From Myxococcota bacterium (lineage in GTDB: Bacteria; Myxococcota_A; Polyangia; Nannocystales; Nannocystaceae), in contig JBCCHT010000001.1 of NCBI GenBank assembly GCA_039028615.1, positions 448,001 through 512,000 of the forward strand: a stretch of 64,000 nucleotides of DNA, read 5' to 3'. Made by a program: the position numbers and the translations under genes. This document shows positions 31,884 through 42,160 of the stretch, piece by piece. The notes below the pieces were generated by a model. It made no database searches. It was not told the origin of the DNA and saw only the letters and a program-made list of their open reading frames with translations. Position 1 is the first letter of the stretch, and each line of letters opens with the position of its first letter.

Positions 31884-33497
31884 ATGCGTCCTTACCTTGG
31901 CTCGAGCATTGGACTGTGTGCCCTGCTGGCGATCGCGGCCTGCGGCGACGACCTCCCATCGGGCAGCGGTGACGGCAGCTCGAGCGGGGCGACCGAGACC
32001 GGCCAGGCCACGGGCACGACCGACGTTGCCACCCCCACCCCCGCCGATTCCTCGACCAGCGCGGCCGCAACCGGCACGGAAAGCGGCGGCACGGATTCCA
32101 GCAGCAGCAGCGGCACCGTGGAGCCCATCGAGGTCGACGTCGAGGTCTACACCTACGCCAGCCAGCCCATGGTAGTCGACCTCGCGTTCTCGGAGCCCGA
32201 CCTCGAGGCCACCCTCGAGCATCCCACCGACCCCGGGGTGCGCTTCGGCCCCGTCGCGGGGGAAGAGGGCGAGACCTGGGTCCGCGTGCGAGGCCTGGCA
32301 CCGGAGACGATGCACGAGCTGGACTGGTCGGTCGAAGCGCCCAGCGGCGCCACCGACGAGGGGCAGACCGCCTTCGAGACCCTCGCCCCCCTGCCCGGCT
32401 ATATCCCTTCGTTCGACATCGAGGGCAGCGGCGAAGGCTTCGGCGGCTTCGTGCTCTTCGACCTGCTCGCCCTGACCCCCGACGCCCCCGCCTCGCTGTT
32501 CATGATCGACACCGAGGGCCAGACCCGCTGGCACACGGGTCGCCAGGACGGGATCATCGGGCCCGCCACCGTCTTCGCCGGAGCCAAGCTCCTCGACGAC
32601 GGCTCGCTGATGTTCCTCCGCAACTTCACCCTGTTCGTGATCGACGAGCTGGGCACCGAGCAGCTCGCGCTGACCTCGGAGGCAATGGGACTGCTCGGCC
32701 TGCACCACGACGTGATCGAGCTGCCCAACGGCAACTTCCTCGCGCTGTCGTTCATCTTCCGCGACGTCGACTATCCCGACATCGGCCTCACCCACGTGGC
32801 GGGCGACCTCATCGTAGAGATCGACCGCACGGGCAGCATCGTCTGGGAGTGGGACTCCTTCGATCACCTCGACCCGCTGCGCCGCCGCGAGGGCTTCGAC
32901 GTGCTCATCTTCGACGTCGAGACGGGGGAAAACGGCCAGGACTGGACCCACGGCAACGGTGTCATCTACGACGAAGCCTCCGATACCGTGCTGTTCTCGG
33001 CGCGGCACCAGGACTGGCTCGTGCAGATCGACCGCGGCAGCGGGGACGTGCAGTGGCGCCTGGGCCCCGAGGGTGACTTCGGGCTCGAGGGCGGCGGCGA
33101 GTTCTTCTATCACCAGCACTCGCCGCAGTGGCAGGACGACGGCAGCCTGCTGCTGTACGACAACGGCGTCGGCAACCCGAACCTCGCCGACGAGCTCGAG
33201 ACTTCGCGGGCGATTCGCTACGACCTGAACACCACCACCATGATGGCGACGCAGGTCTGGGAAGACGCGGCCGAGGACTTCGTGGCGCCCATCGCGGGTG
33301 ATGCCGATCGACTGCCCGACGGCAGCATCCTGGTCACCGACTCCTCCATCGACATGAACATCGGCCAGATCTACGCCCGGGTTCGCGAGATCGACGAGGA
33401 GACCTCCGATACGCCGCAGTGGTCGTTCACCACCGACATCGGGACCTTCATCTATCGCTGTGTGCCCTCGCTGCGGCTGGCCGGCGAAGTCGACTGA
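31884..33497 (+). CDS. Aryl-sulfate sulfotransferase (ASST) family lipoprotein
   Basis: 'LHHDVIELPNGN', 'DWTHGNGV', 'SARHQD', 'YHQH', 'LLYDNG'; lipobox 'AACGDD'. Confidence 0.85.
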   Translation: MRPYLGSSIGLCALLAIAACGDDLPSGSGDGSSSGATETGQATGTTDVATPTPADSSTSAAATGTESGGTDSSSSSGTVEPIEVDVEVYTYASQPMVVDLAFSEPDLEATLEHPTDPGVRFGPVAGEEGETWVRVRGLAPETMHELDWSVEAPSGATDEGQTAFETLAPLPGYIPSFDIEGSGEGFGGFVLFDLLALTPDAPASLFMIDTEGQTRWHTGRQDGIIGPATVFAGAKLLDDGSLMFLRNFTLFVIDELGTEQLALTSEAMGLLGLHHDVIELPNGNFLALSFIFRDVDYPDIGLTHVAGDLIVEIDRTGSIVWEWDSFDHLDPLRRREGFDVLIFDVETGENGQDWTHGNGVIYDEASDTVLFSARHQDWLVQIDRGSGDVQWRLGPEGDFGLEGGGEFFYHQHSPQWQDDGSLLLYDNGVGNPNLADELETSRAIRYDLNTTTMMATQVWEDAAEDFVAPIAGDADRLPDGSILVTDSSIDMNIGQIYARVREIDEETSDTPQWSFTTDIGTFIYRCVPSLRLAGEVD

Positions 33498-33500
33498 CCG

Positions 33501-34646
33501 GTGGATCGACAACGCTACGAGCTGCTCATCGTGGGCGCGGGCCCGGCCGGCTGTGCGGCGGGCATCGAAGCGGCCGCGGCGGGTCTGCGGGTAGGCGTGG
33601 TCGATCGAGCGACGTTTCCCCGCGCCAAGACCTGCGGGGATGCGGTCTCCAACCGCGCGTCGGCCCTGGTGGATACGCTGGTGGGCCGCCCCGACGCGCT
33701 GCGCAGCATCCCGCATGCGGTGGTGAACGCGGGCGCGGCCGTCTTTCCCGACGGCGGGCGAGTGGTGCGGCCGCTGGAATCTGCGTTCATCGTCCCGCGA
33801 CTGCACCTGGACGATCTGCTGCGACAGGCCCTCGAAAGAGCCGGGGCCACCGTTCGTCAGGGCGTCGCCGTCCGACGGCTGCGAATGCACGGAGACCGCG
33901 TCGTCGGGGCCGAGGCTGATGGCCTGCAGATCGAGGCCGATGCGGTCATCGCCGCGGACGGCCCCGGCTCCATCGCCTGGACCGCCCTGGGGCAGCCCTA
34001 TCGCCGCGGCGTGCACCTGGGTGTGGCGATCACCGCCTACCACGAGGGCGTGGACATGGGCGCCCACCGACACACCAGCGAGCACTACTTCGAGCCCGAC
34101 CTCGACGCGGGCTACGGCTGGGTCTTCCCCGCGGTCGATGGCGTGGCCAACATCGGCGTCTATCAGCGCGCCGACCGTTTCAAGGCCCACGACGACGACC
34201 TGCCGACCCTGCTGGCGCGGTTCATCGAGCGCCACCCGGAGCGCCTCGGGCACAGCCGGTCGGTGGCCAAGCCCCGCCGCTGGGCCCTGCCCCTGATGTC
34301 GCGCCCCTGGCCCCCGGCCGGTCCCGGCCTGCTCACGTGCGGCGACGCGGCCTTTTGCATCGATCCGCTCTCCGGCGAAGGCATCTTTCAGGCCCTGCAC
34401 AGCGGCGCGTTGGCGGGCCGTACCGTGGCCTCCGCCCTCGCGCGGCACGGCGTCGATCGGGGCGTGGCCCTGCGCTACCGCATGCGCTGCGCGGCGACCC
34501 TCGGCGTCACCGCGGTGGCCCGCCTGGCGATCCAAGAAGGTATGAGTCAGGTGGTGCGGCGGCGCTGGTACCAGCGCTCTGCTGTGCGTGCCCTGCTGCA
34601 TCGGGGCTACGGCAGCCAGGCATTCGAGGTCAGCAAGCGAGTGTAG
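33501..34646 (+). CDS. Geranylgeranyl reductase family FAD-dependent oxidoreductase
   Basis: 'IVGAGPAG', 'FPRAKTCGDAV', 'GYGWVFP', 'GDAAFCIDPLSGEGIFQA'. Confidence 0.88.
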   Translation: MDRQRYELLIVGAGPAGCAAGIEAAAAGLRVGVVDRATFPRAKTCGDAVSNRASALVDTLVGRPDALRSIPHAVVNAGAAVFPDGGRVVRPLESAFIVPRLHLDDLLRQALERAGATVRQGVAVRRLRMHGDRVVGAEADGLQIEADAVIAADGPGSIAWTALGQPYRRGVHLGVAITAYHEGVDMGAHRHTSEHYFEPDLDAGYGWVFPAVDGVANIGVYQRADRFKAHDDDLPTLLARFIERHPERLGHSRSVAKPRRWALPLMSRPWPPAGPGLLTCGDAAFCIDPLSGEGIFQALHSGALAGRTVASALARHGVDRGVALRYRMRCAATLGVTAVARLAIQEGMSQVVRRRWYQRSAVRALLHRGYGSQAFEVSKRV

Positions 34647-34659
34647 TAGCCTGCGGCGC

Positions 34660-36597
34660 ATGCGGCCCCTCCCTCGGGTCCTGCGACGCACCGCCGCCGG
34701 GCTGTGGCTCGCCTCGGCGGTCGTCCTCGTCTTCGGGGGCCCGGTCGCGATGCTGTGGTACTTCGGCGGCGAACGCCTGCTGAGCACCGTGCCCTACGGC
34801 GGGTTCGACTACGACACCCACGTCTCGCAAGTGTGGCGCGTCCTCGAGGGGCTCCGCGGTTGGGGCAAGACCTGGATCTACGACGTCCAGCACCTCGCCG
34901 GGTATCCCAACGGCACCATCTTCGACGCCGACAACAAGGGCTGGGAGGCCTTCACCTGGGCGCTGGTCTCCATGGGGGTGCCGCAGGGCCAGGCCTTCAA
35001 CCTGTTCATCATCACCGCCCACCTGCTGGTCTCCCCCGTCGTCTACGTCTCGGCCCGCCTCTTCGGCCTGCGCCACAACGCCTCGTTGTCGGCCGCGGCG
35101 ATGGCCGTGCTGTACTGGTTTTTCGACTCGTGGATCCACTGGGAGTGGTTCGTGGGCATGGTGGCCTACGCCTTCGCCAGCTACCTGTTCCTGCTGCCCT
35201 TCGCCGCGTTCTACCGCTGGATCAAAGAGCGTCGCGCATGGCAGGCCGGTCTGTGTGCCGTCTCGATGGCCCTGGCGCACCTCGTCCACCCCTACACCTT
35301 CTTCTTGTTGGTGGGGCCGATGGCGGTGCTCTACCTCCGCGAGGCCCGGAGCCTCAGCCGAGGGGAGCACGCCGTGGTCTGGGGCATCGCGGGGGTCACC
35401 GTGCTGTTCAACGGGGTGTGGCTCGGCGTCGCCCTGTCCTTTTGGCACTACATCCTCGACTCCTCGCTCTTCGCCGACACCACGCTGGACTCGCTGCTGT
35501 GGGACATGTTCGGGCTGCTCGGCGATCCCACCGCGATGGGGGTCATCGGCAACCGCACCGGCTTTCGCTTCACCCTGCTCGCCGGGGCATTGATGGGGCT
35601 GTGGGCCTGGTGGCGACGCTCGGACGATCGCACCGCTCCCTTTGCCGTCGGCCTGGGCATCCTGCTCGCGCTGACCTATCTGGGCGGCTACACCTTCTTC
35701 GCCAACATCCAGCCTCACCGCCACGTGGGCCCCACCGGGTTCATGGCCATCATTCCCTGCGCGGGCGCGCTCGAGCTGGCCTGGAAGGAACGACTGTGGA
35801 CGCGACTGTCACGGCCGGCCATCGCCCTGCTCGTCGTGCTCGGTGTTCCGGCGGCGCAGCACCTTTCGCGCGACATCCTGTACTTCACCGAGCGCTCGCT
35901 GCCCGAGCCGCGGCCGCTGATGGATGGGCAGCGCGTCTACTACACGATGCTCGGCTACGGGCCCCACGGCGACTTCAGCTACGGTCGGTGGCAGCACGAC
36001 GAGCTCGCGCAGTGGGTCCGCGACCACGACACCCGCCGCAGCCGATTCTTGGTCGACGGCTGGCACGTGGGGGAGCAGCTGGTCTGGAAGACCAAGGCCC
36101 AGATCATCGGCGGCTTCATCTGGCGCAACCTCGAGCACAGCTGGGCCAACTTCTTCCGGCTCCGGCCCCAGGGGATTTCCACCCCCGCCGAGCTGCAGAA
36201 GTACCTCGAGACCTACGCGATCGAGTACGTGATCATCTCGACGCCCCAGGATCTGGCGCCGTGGTGGGACAAGAACCCGTTGCTCGAGCGCGTGAAGACC
36301 ATCGAGCACGTTCGCATCTACCGCACGAAGGCCCAGCCCAACCTGTTCATCGAGGGCAACGGCCTCATCGACGCGCGAACGAACCGCATCGGGGTGTCGG
36401 GGACCGACCCGAACGAAGACGTCGTGATCCGCTATCACTGGCTGGAGACGCTGGTGTGTGAGCCGGACTGCTCGCTCGAGCGGGTGCCGATCGAGACCGA
36501 CAAGGTCGGCTTCATCCGGGTGCCCGCGCCTCACCCCGCCGATTTCGCCATCGTCAATTCCTACCAGCGCGTGGCGGACCCTCCACCGCTGGACTGA
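34660..36597 (+). CDS. Polytopic membrane protein, GT-C glycosyltransferase-like
   Basis: 'DYDTH' in first loop, 'AGYP', ~11 TM helices, 'HP' motif, periplasmic C-terminal domain. Confidence 0.6.
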   Translation: MRPLPRVLRRTAAGLWLASAVVLVFGGPVAMLWYFGGERLLSTVPYGGFDYDTHVSQVWRVLEGLRGWGKTWIYDVQHLAGYPNGTIFDADNKGWEAFTWALVSMGVPQGQAFNLFIITAHLLVSPVVYVSARLFGLRHNASLSAAAMAVLYWFFDSWIHWEWFVGMVAYAFASYLFLLPFAAFYRWIKERRAWQAGLCAVSMALAHLVHPYTFFLLVGPMAVLYLREARSLSRGEHAVVWGIAGVTVLFNGVWLGVALSFWHYILDSSLFADTTLDSLLWDMFGLLGDPTAMGVIGNRTGFRFTLLAGALMGLWAWWRRSDDRTAPFAVGLGILLALTYLGGYTFFANIQPHRHVGPTGFMAIIPCAGALELAWKERLWTRLSRPAIALLVVLGVPAAQHLSRDILYFTERSLPEPRPLMDGQRVYYTMLGYGPHGDFSYGRWQHDELAQWVRDHDTRRSRFLVDGWHVGEQLVWKTKAQIIGGFIWRNLEHSWANFFRLRPQGISTPAELQKYLETYAIEYVIISTPQDLAPWWDKNPLLERVKTIEHVRIYRTKAQPNLFIEGNGLIDARTNRIGVSGTDPNEDVVIRYHWLETLVCEPDCSLERVPIETDKVGFIRVPAPHPADFAIVNSYQRVADPPPLD

Positions 36598-36602
36598 ACG
36601 CG

Positions 36603-37379
36603 ATGGCCGACGACCCGACGAGCCGAGACACGCTCGAGACGAACACCGCCTCCTGGGACCAGCACGCGCGCCGCTACCAGGCCTCCGCCGCGCTGAGCCT
36701 GGACGAGGTCGATTTCGGAGACCCGCTGTTTCCCACCGAGTCCGACCTGAAGGTGCTCGGCGACGTCGCAGGCAAGCGCGTGGTGGAGCTCGGCTCTGGG
36801 GGCTGCAACTGCGGCATCGCGCTGGCCAAGCAGGGTGCCCGGGTGACGTGCCTCGATATCTCCGCCGAGCAGCTGCGCATCGGACGAGCGCACGCGGACG
36901 CGGCCGGGGTACACATCGAGACGGTGGAAGCGGGGGCCCACGAGGTCTCCCGCTTCGGTCCCGCCGCGTTCGACCTCGCCATCGCCATCGCCTCGCTCAA
37001 CTATGTGCCCGACCTCGACGAGGTGTTCTTGCGGGTCTTCGAGGCGCTGGCTCCGGGCGGTCGCTTCGTGTTCAGCGTCCCCCACCCGTTCATGAACGCC
37101 TTCGAGGCGTCCGTACTCTCCCCGCAGGACCAGGCCGACCCCCACTATGGCTATCGCGGTCCGATGCGATGGAAGTGGGACGACGACGATGCCTTCGAGT
37201 TCGTCACGTACCGCCGCACCATCGCCGACCTCGTCGGCGGCGTCATCCGCTGCGGCTTTCGGCTCGACCGTTTCGAAGAGCTGCTTCCGAAGCGACCGGA
37301 GCCGGAGTGGAACGAGGTCGAGCACGAGGTCCGCACGCGGTTCCCGTCCATCTTGGTGATTGCCGCAGACAAGCCATGA
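36603..37379 (+). CDS. Class I SAM-dependent methyltransferase
   Basis: 'VVELGSGG', 'LDISAEQL', 'LAPGGRFVFSVPHP'. Confidence 0.9.
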   Translation: MADDPTSRDTLETNTASWDQHARRYQASAALSLDEVDFGDPLFPTESDLKVLGDVAGKRVVELGSGGCNCGIALAKQGARVTCLDISAEQLRIGRAHADAAGVHIETVEAGAHEVSRFGPAAFDLAIAIASLNYVPDLDEVFLRVFEALAPGGRFVFSVPHPFMNAFEASVLSPQDQADPHYGYRGPMRWKWDDDDAFEFVTYRRTIADLVGGVIRCGFRLDRFEELLPKRPEPEWNEVEHEVRTRFPSILVIAADKP

Positions 37380-37566
37380 CCCGAAGGCCCACACCACCGT
37401 GCCAGTGTACGAAAACGAGCACCGTCGCGGCGACACGCGGACCCCACCAACGATGGCCCAACGGTGAAACGATGTAGCCCAGCACCGTCGACATCGGGAC
37501 GAAGTTACGACCCGACCACCTACATACCGCGGCTCACCTCCCTGCCATTGTTGATAGAATCCGAAT

Positions 37567-38136
37567 GTGCCAGCGAAGATGGCGAAGGGTAGTGGTTTCG
37601 TCGTTTGTCGGGCGTACATGCTCGAACAACTCGGAGCGACCACCTACGGTGAATTGTCGGCACGAGTGCCCGATGAGTATCGAGAGCCCGTCGACGCCCC
37701 ACTGCCCTCCAAGTGGTACCCAGACGCCGCCTACGCGGCGATGAACGAGGCCTACGTCCAGGTCCGTGGGTTCTCCGACATCGAGTCTTGTCGCGCCGAC
37801 TTCGAGGCCATGGGCGAGCGGACGGCCCACGAGAACCTCAATGGAGTGTATCGAGCGCTGATGCGCTTCATGAAGAGCAGCGGCGCGCTGGCCATGCTCC
37901 CGCTGGCGTGGAAGCAATACTTCAAGGCATCGAGCTGCCATACCAAGCGCCACGGCGACGGCCGAGCCACGCTCACCGTGCGCAATGCATCCATCTCGTA
38001 TCTCGCTCCGGTCGCGGTCGGCTGGCAACGTGCCGCACTCCGTATCGCCTCGGGTCCCCAGGCCACCGTCCGGGAGTGTGGGTTCGACGAAGGCCGGATC
38101 AGCGCGGATCCGATGGTCTACGAGCTGACCTGGTAG
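37567..38136 (+). CDS. Myxobacterial DUF2378/TIGR02265-like protein
   Basis: 'KGSGF...LPSKWYP...MGE...WKQYF...YELTW'. Confidence 0.55.
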   Translation: MPAKMAKGSGFVVCRAYMLEQLGATTYGELSARVPDEYREPVDAPLPSKWYPDAAYAAMNEAYVQVRGFSDIESCRADFEAMGERTAHENLNGVYRALMRFMKSSGALAMLPLAWKQYFKASSCHTKRHGDGRATLTVRNASISYLAPVAVGWQRAALRIASGPQATVRECGFDEGRISADPMVYELTW

Positions 38137-38142
38137 GGCGCG

Positions 38143-39318
38143 TCAGCGGTGGCGCGGCGCGTAGCCGAGGCCCACGCTGAACCCGGGTGCGACCGGCCAG
38201 GTCGAGACCTCGCGCTGTCCGTCGTCGCTGGTCAGCGACAGGCGCGACAGGTGAACCCACAGCTCGGCGAGGAAGGTCAGCCGCACCTTGTGGTCGTCGG
38301 GACCGAGGTACAGCGCCAGGCCTCCGCGGGCGCTGGCCGTGGCGAGTAACTGGGTACGTCGCGGGCCCGGCTGCACTTCGGGCCCCGCCCCGCTGACTGC
38401 ACGGGGCCGAATGAAGGCCAGGTCTCCGCCTGCGCCCAGCTCACCCACCCAGCGAATCGCAGGTCGCCGTGCCGCCGCCTCGAGCCCGACGAAGAACTGA
38501 CCGGATGCGAACAGCAGATCGTTTTGGAGGGCACCGATCTCGACCACGGGAGGCACCCCGACGCCGAACCACGCGCCTCCGCCGATGCCGAGCGGAGCCT
38601 CGCTGCGCAGCTTGAAGCCGATCCGAGCGCTGTGCACGGGTGGCAGGTCGTGCCGGAATGCCCGCATCGCATACGCGGCCCCGATCGCCGACTCGATGCC
38701 CGGCCGAGCTTCGGGCGCGGGCGCGACAACGACACTGGCCTCGGTTTCCGGCTCGGCCTCGCCTTCGATTGCGGGTTCTGGCTCCCCCGGTGGTTCGACT
38801 TCGGTGGGCGGTGCCTGGACGGGCGCGGGCGAGCTCTCGGCCCCCTGCTGCTCCCGAAACGCCTGCGTCGAGATGCCGATGCTGCCCCCCGCGAGCAGGG
38901 CCTCGACGCTGCTGCCGGTAATGAACGCAATCTCCTCGCGCAGGACCTCGTCCATGCCGTCGGGAGCGGGCAGTCGCCGCACCAAGATCCGCTCCCACGT
39001 CGAATCCACCACGAACAGCTCCGGGCTCTGCTCGGCGGTCACGAAGATGTGCGCGAGGGCCCCGTCTTCGCCGACTTGCGCGGGGCGAAGGACCTCCATG
39101 ATGTCGAGCGCATCGACCTCGATCAGGGACAGCTCGATGTCGAGCGGCTCGAGCGTCTCCCGGATGCGCTCCACCACCGGGCCTCGAACCTCGGCGGGCC
39201 CCGAGACGGTGACCTCCACACGAGCGGTCGACACCGCCGCGCGCGTCGATGGATCCTCGTGTACCTCGACGCCCGGAGACCCCGAAGCGACCAGCAGACC
39301 CGCGAGGAACAAACGCAA
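38143..39318 (-). CDS. Exported protein with probable C-terminal outer-membrane beta-strand domain
   Basis: Signal-like N-terminus, Pro/Glu linker, Gly/aromatic amphipathic strands ending 'GFSVGLGY'. Confidence 0.6.
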   Translation of the reverse strand: MRLFLAGLLVASGSPGVEVHEDPSTRAAVSTARVEVTVSGPAEVRGPVVERIRETLEPLDIELSLIEVDALDIMEVLRPAQVGEDGALAHIFVTAEQSPELFVVDSTWERILVRRLPAPDGMDEVLREEIAFITGSSVEALLAGGSIGISTQAFREQQGAESSPAPVQAPPTEVEPPGEPEPAIEGEAEPETEASVVVAPAPEARPGIESAIGAAYAMRAFRHDLPPVHSARIGFKLRSEAPLGIGGGAWFGVGVPPVVEIGALQNDLLFASGQFFVGLEAAARRPAIRWVGELGAGGDLAFIRPRAVSGAGPEVQPGPRRTQLLATASARGGLALYLGPDDHKVRLTFLAELWVHLSRLSLTSDDGQREVSTWPVAPGFSVGLGYAPRHR

Positions 39319-39327
39319 TGGACTCTC

Positions 39328-40167
39328 TCAGCGCTCGAGGGCTCGGGTCGCCTCTTGGAGGTAGACCGAGTCGGGGAAGCGAGCGAGCAGATGTTCCCAC
39401 GCCTTGCGCTCCGCCGCACTGTCCCCCAACTTGCGATGCGCCCGGGCAATGCCCGCCGCGGCCTCCGGCGCCAGGCTCCCGCTCGGATTCCGCCGCAGAT
39501 ACTCCTCGAAGGCCTTCACCGCTCGCCGTGGCTCGTCGGTGCGCGTCAAGTACAGGCGCCCCATCGCCATATGGGAGGTCGCCGCCTCGCGGGTGGTGGG
39601 GAACTGCCGCTGTAGACGACGGTACAGTCCCAAGGCCACTGCGTACCGCCCTCCTCTGCGCTCGGCGTTGGCTCGCGTCAGTAGCTCTGCGGCAGTCTCC
39701 ATCCGTTTGCTCCGAGAATGCGTTCGCGCCACCGCGGGCGGAGCGGGTGAGGCTGAATCCTCGGTGGCGGACTCCGAGGCAGGCGTGGGTACTTCGGGTA
39801 CGAGCTCGCGCTCGGCTTTGGGTTCGGCCTCGATCGTCGGCGCCACGGCGGGAGCCGCCGGGCGCTCGGGCACGCTCGGCTTCACCTCGGTCGCGGGCGA
39901 CGACGCGACGGTCGACACCACAGCGGACGGCTCGGGCTCCGGCTCGGGACCAAACACCATCACCGCGCCCCCCAGGACCACCGCCGCGATTGCGACGAGC
40001 GTCAGCGTACCGGCAATCGACGCCGATGCAGCGGCGGGACTCGCCGCCTCGGCGGCTCCGCTCATCCGCTCGAGCAACGCTTCGTCGCCGTCCCGCGGAG
40101 CACCGAGCTCACGGTAAGCCCCCTCCAGCTGCTGCGCCCATTCGTCGGCGTGGTCGATCTCCGTCAT
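39328..40167 (-). CDS. Single-pass anti-sigma-like protein with periplasmic TPR (BamD/YbgF-like) domain
   Basis: TM helix, Pro-rich linker, 'YRRLQRQFP', 'YLRRNPSGSLAPEA', 'LARFPDS'; ATGA overlap with sigma gene. Confidence 0.72.
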   Translation of the reverse strand: MTEIDHADEWAQQLEGAYRELGAPRDGDEALLERMSGAAEAASPAAASASIAGTLTLVAIAAVVLGGAVMVFGPEPEPEPSAVVSTVASSPATEVKPSVPERPAAPAVAPTIEAEPKAERELVPEVPTPASESATEDSASPAPPAVARTHSRSKRMETAAELLTRANAERRGGRYAVALGLYRRLQRQFPTTREAATSHMAMGRLYLTRTDEPRRAVKAFEEYLRRNPSGSLAPEAAAGIARAHRKLGDSAAERKAWEHLLARFPDSVYLQEATRALER

Positions 40168-40838
40168 GACTCCGGCTCCAGTAGGCGGCGGAGGTGAGGC
40201 CGCTTGGCCAGCTTGCGGCGCACCGCGGCCATCCCGAGGCGCACGCGACTGCGAATGGTGTTGATGGGAGCGTCCGCCGTCTGGGCCACCGTGGCCAGGT
40301 CCTGCCCCAGGGCGATGCGAAGGAACAATGCCTCGGCCTGATCGGAAGGAAGCTCGTCGAGCAGGACCGACAGCGCCTCGGCCCGCCGCAGGGCCACCGC
40401 GTTGGATTCCGGGTCGCCCTCGCCTTGGCCCGACCCGGGCTCGGGCGCGAAGTCCATGTCCACCGTGCGCGCCAGTCGTCGACGCGCTCGCATCGCATTG
40501 CGCACGGTGATTCGAATCGCGTATCCGCTGACGGCCATCGGCTCTTGGATGGAAGGCAACGCGCGACTCAAGGCGATCAAACTTTCTTGCGCGACATCAT
40601 CGGCGTCGGCCCGCCCTCGCACGCCCATCACGCGTCGGGCCGCACTGAGCACGTCCGGCGCGATCAGCCGAATCAGGGCTCCGACCGCCGCCCGATCCCC
40701 CGACTTGGCGCGTTCGACGAGCCCGACCATTTCGTCCGGCTGCGTCGAAGACGCGCTCGACCGCGCCTGCGGCGGGTCACTCCGCCCGTGACGGGGCGCG
40801 TGCACCCCGGGCGGCATGTCGATGGACTTGGCGAGCAT
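40164..40838 (-). CDS. ECF (sigma-70 family) RNA polymerase sigma factor
   Basis: 'DADDVAQESLI', 'LPSDQAEALFLR', 'PINTIRSRVRLG'. Confidence 0.9.
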   Translation of the reverse strand: MLAKSIDMPPGVHAPRHGRSDPPQARSSASSTQPDEMVGLVERAKSGDRAAVGALIRLIAPDVLSAARRVMGVRGRADADDVAQESLIALSRALPSIQEPMAVSGYAIRITVRNAMRARRRLARTVDMDFAPEPGSGQGEGDPESNAVALRRAEALSVLLDELPSDQAEALFLRIALGQDLATVAQTADAPINTIRSRVRLGMAAVRRKLAKRPHLRRLLEPES

Positions 40839-40945
40839 CCCCGTTGGGTATGAGGCCCCGACTCGTGCGATCCGATCAACGAAAGAGACGATCGACCCGA
40901 CATTTTTTTGATCGCCGCCCCGGTAGGCTCTCCTCGTACGTTGAG

Positions 40946-42145
40946 ATGACGCACCGATTCGCCCACCCGAGCTGCAAATTCCGCACGTTCGGGGCCACCG
41001 TGGTTGCTCTCCCGGTATGGCTCGCCGCCGCGGGCTGCCCCGCCCCGGTCGACACGGGGCTATCGGGGCTATCGACCACCACGGACGCGGACACGGGCAC
41101 GACGGGCGCAGCCAGCAGCGAGGGCGACGACGGGCTCGACGGCACCACGTCGGCGCTGCTCGACATCGGCGATGGCCAGGCCACCCAGACCTCGGGAGAC
41201 CAGGGGGTCACCGGCTGCAAGGGCGTCGATTTCCTCTTCGTCATCGACAACTCGGGCTCCATGAACCCGCATCAGCAGGCGCTGATCGACAGCTACCCGG
41301 AGTTCATCGACACCATCGAGACCCGTCTGCAGAAGCTGGGGGCGAACTCCTTCCACGTGATGGTCACGGATACGGACGAACGTTCCGTCCTGCCGCCGGA
41401 CCCCCAGTGCGAAAAGCAGTGCTTCATGCAGGGGCTCATGGGCAGCTGCTCCATCACCGGCGAGTCGTGCGAGTACTACAACCCCATGTGTGTCCCCGAG
41501 TGCATGGACGATCCAACCGGCACCTGCGGCATCGTGGACTGCGTGGCGCTCACCGGCTGCGACGACGCCTGTGAGTGCGAGCTCGGCTCGGGCGTGACCG
41601 AGAGCGAACAGGGAGACGCCTGCGGCCTCACCGGCACGGGGCGGTTCATGGACGATACGCAGCCCGCCCCCCACGAGACCTTCAGCTGCATGGCGGCCGT
41701 GGGGACGAGCGGCGCGGGTGCCGAGCGACAAATGGGCGCGCTGATCACCGCGCTCAGCGACACCAACAACGACGAGGGCGGCTGCAACGAGGGGTTCCTC
41801 CGCGACGATGCAATCTTGGTGATCACGCTGGTGACCGACGAGGACGACGAGTCGACCGGGCTCGACCCCGACGTGCTCGTCACCGCGGTCAAGGACACCA
41901 AGCCCGACGACGACGCGGGCATCGTGGTCCTGGGGCTCATCAGCGACTTCGGGCTCCCCGATGCGACCTGCATCGCCAAAAACGGCGACGACGGGGCCGA
42001 GCCCGCGCCCAACCTGCACCAGTTCGTGGATGGCTTCGAGCGCCACCAGACCGGCTCGATCTGCGCGGACAACTACGCGGACTTCTTCGCCCAGGCGGTC
42101 GAGCTCATCGACATCGCCTGCGAAGAATACGAGCCCGTGCCCTGA
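40946..42145 (+). CDS. vWA (MIDAS) domain lipoprotein with Cys-rich insertion
   Basis: 'DFLFVIDNSGSM' (DxSxS), 'FLRDDAILVITLVTDEDD'; lipobox 'AAGC'. Confidence 0.8.
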   Translation: MTHRFAHPSCKFRTFGATVVALPVWLAAAGCPAPVDTGLSGLSTTTDADTGTTGAASSEGDDGLDGTTSALLDIGDGQATQTSGDQGVTGCKGVDFLFVIDNSGSMNPHQQALIDSYPEFIDTIETRLQKLGANSFHVMVTDTDERSVLPPDPQCEKQCFMQGLMGSCSITGESCEYYNPMCVPECMDDPTGTCGIVDCVALTGCDDACECELGSGVTESEQGDACGLTGTGRFMDDTQPAPHETFSCMAAVGTSGAGAERQMGALITALSDTNNDEGGCNEGFLRDDAILVITLVTDEDDESTGLDPDVLVTAVKDTKPDDDAGIVVLGLISDFGLPDATCIAKNGDDGAEPAPNLHQFVDGFERHQTGSICADNYADFFAQAVELIDIACEEYEPVP

Positions 42146-42160
42146 GCGAGCCGGGGCGAG

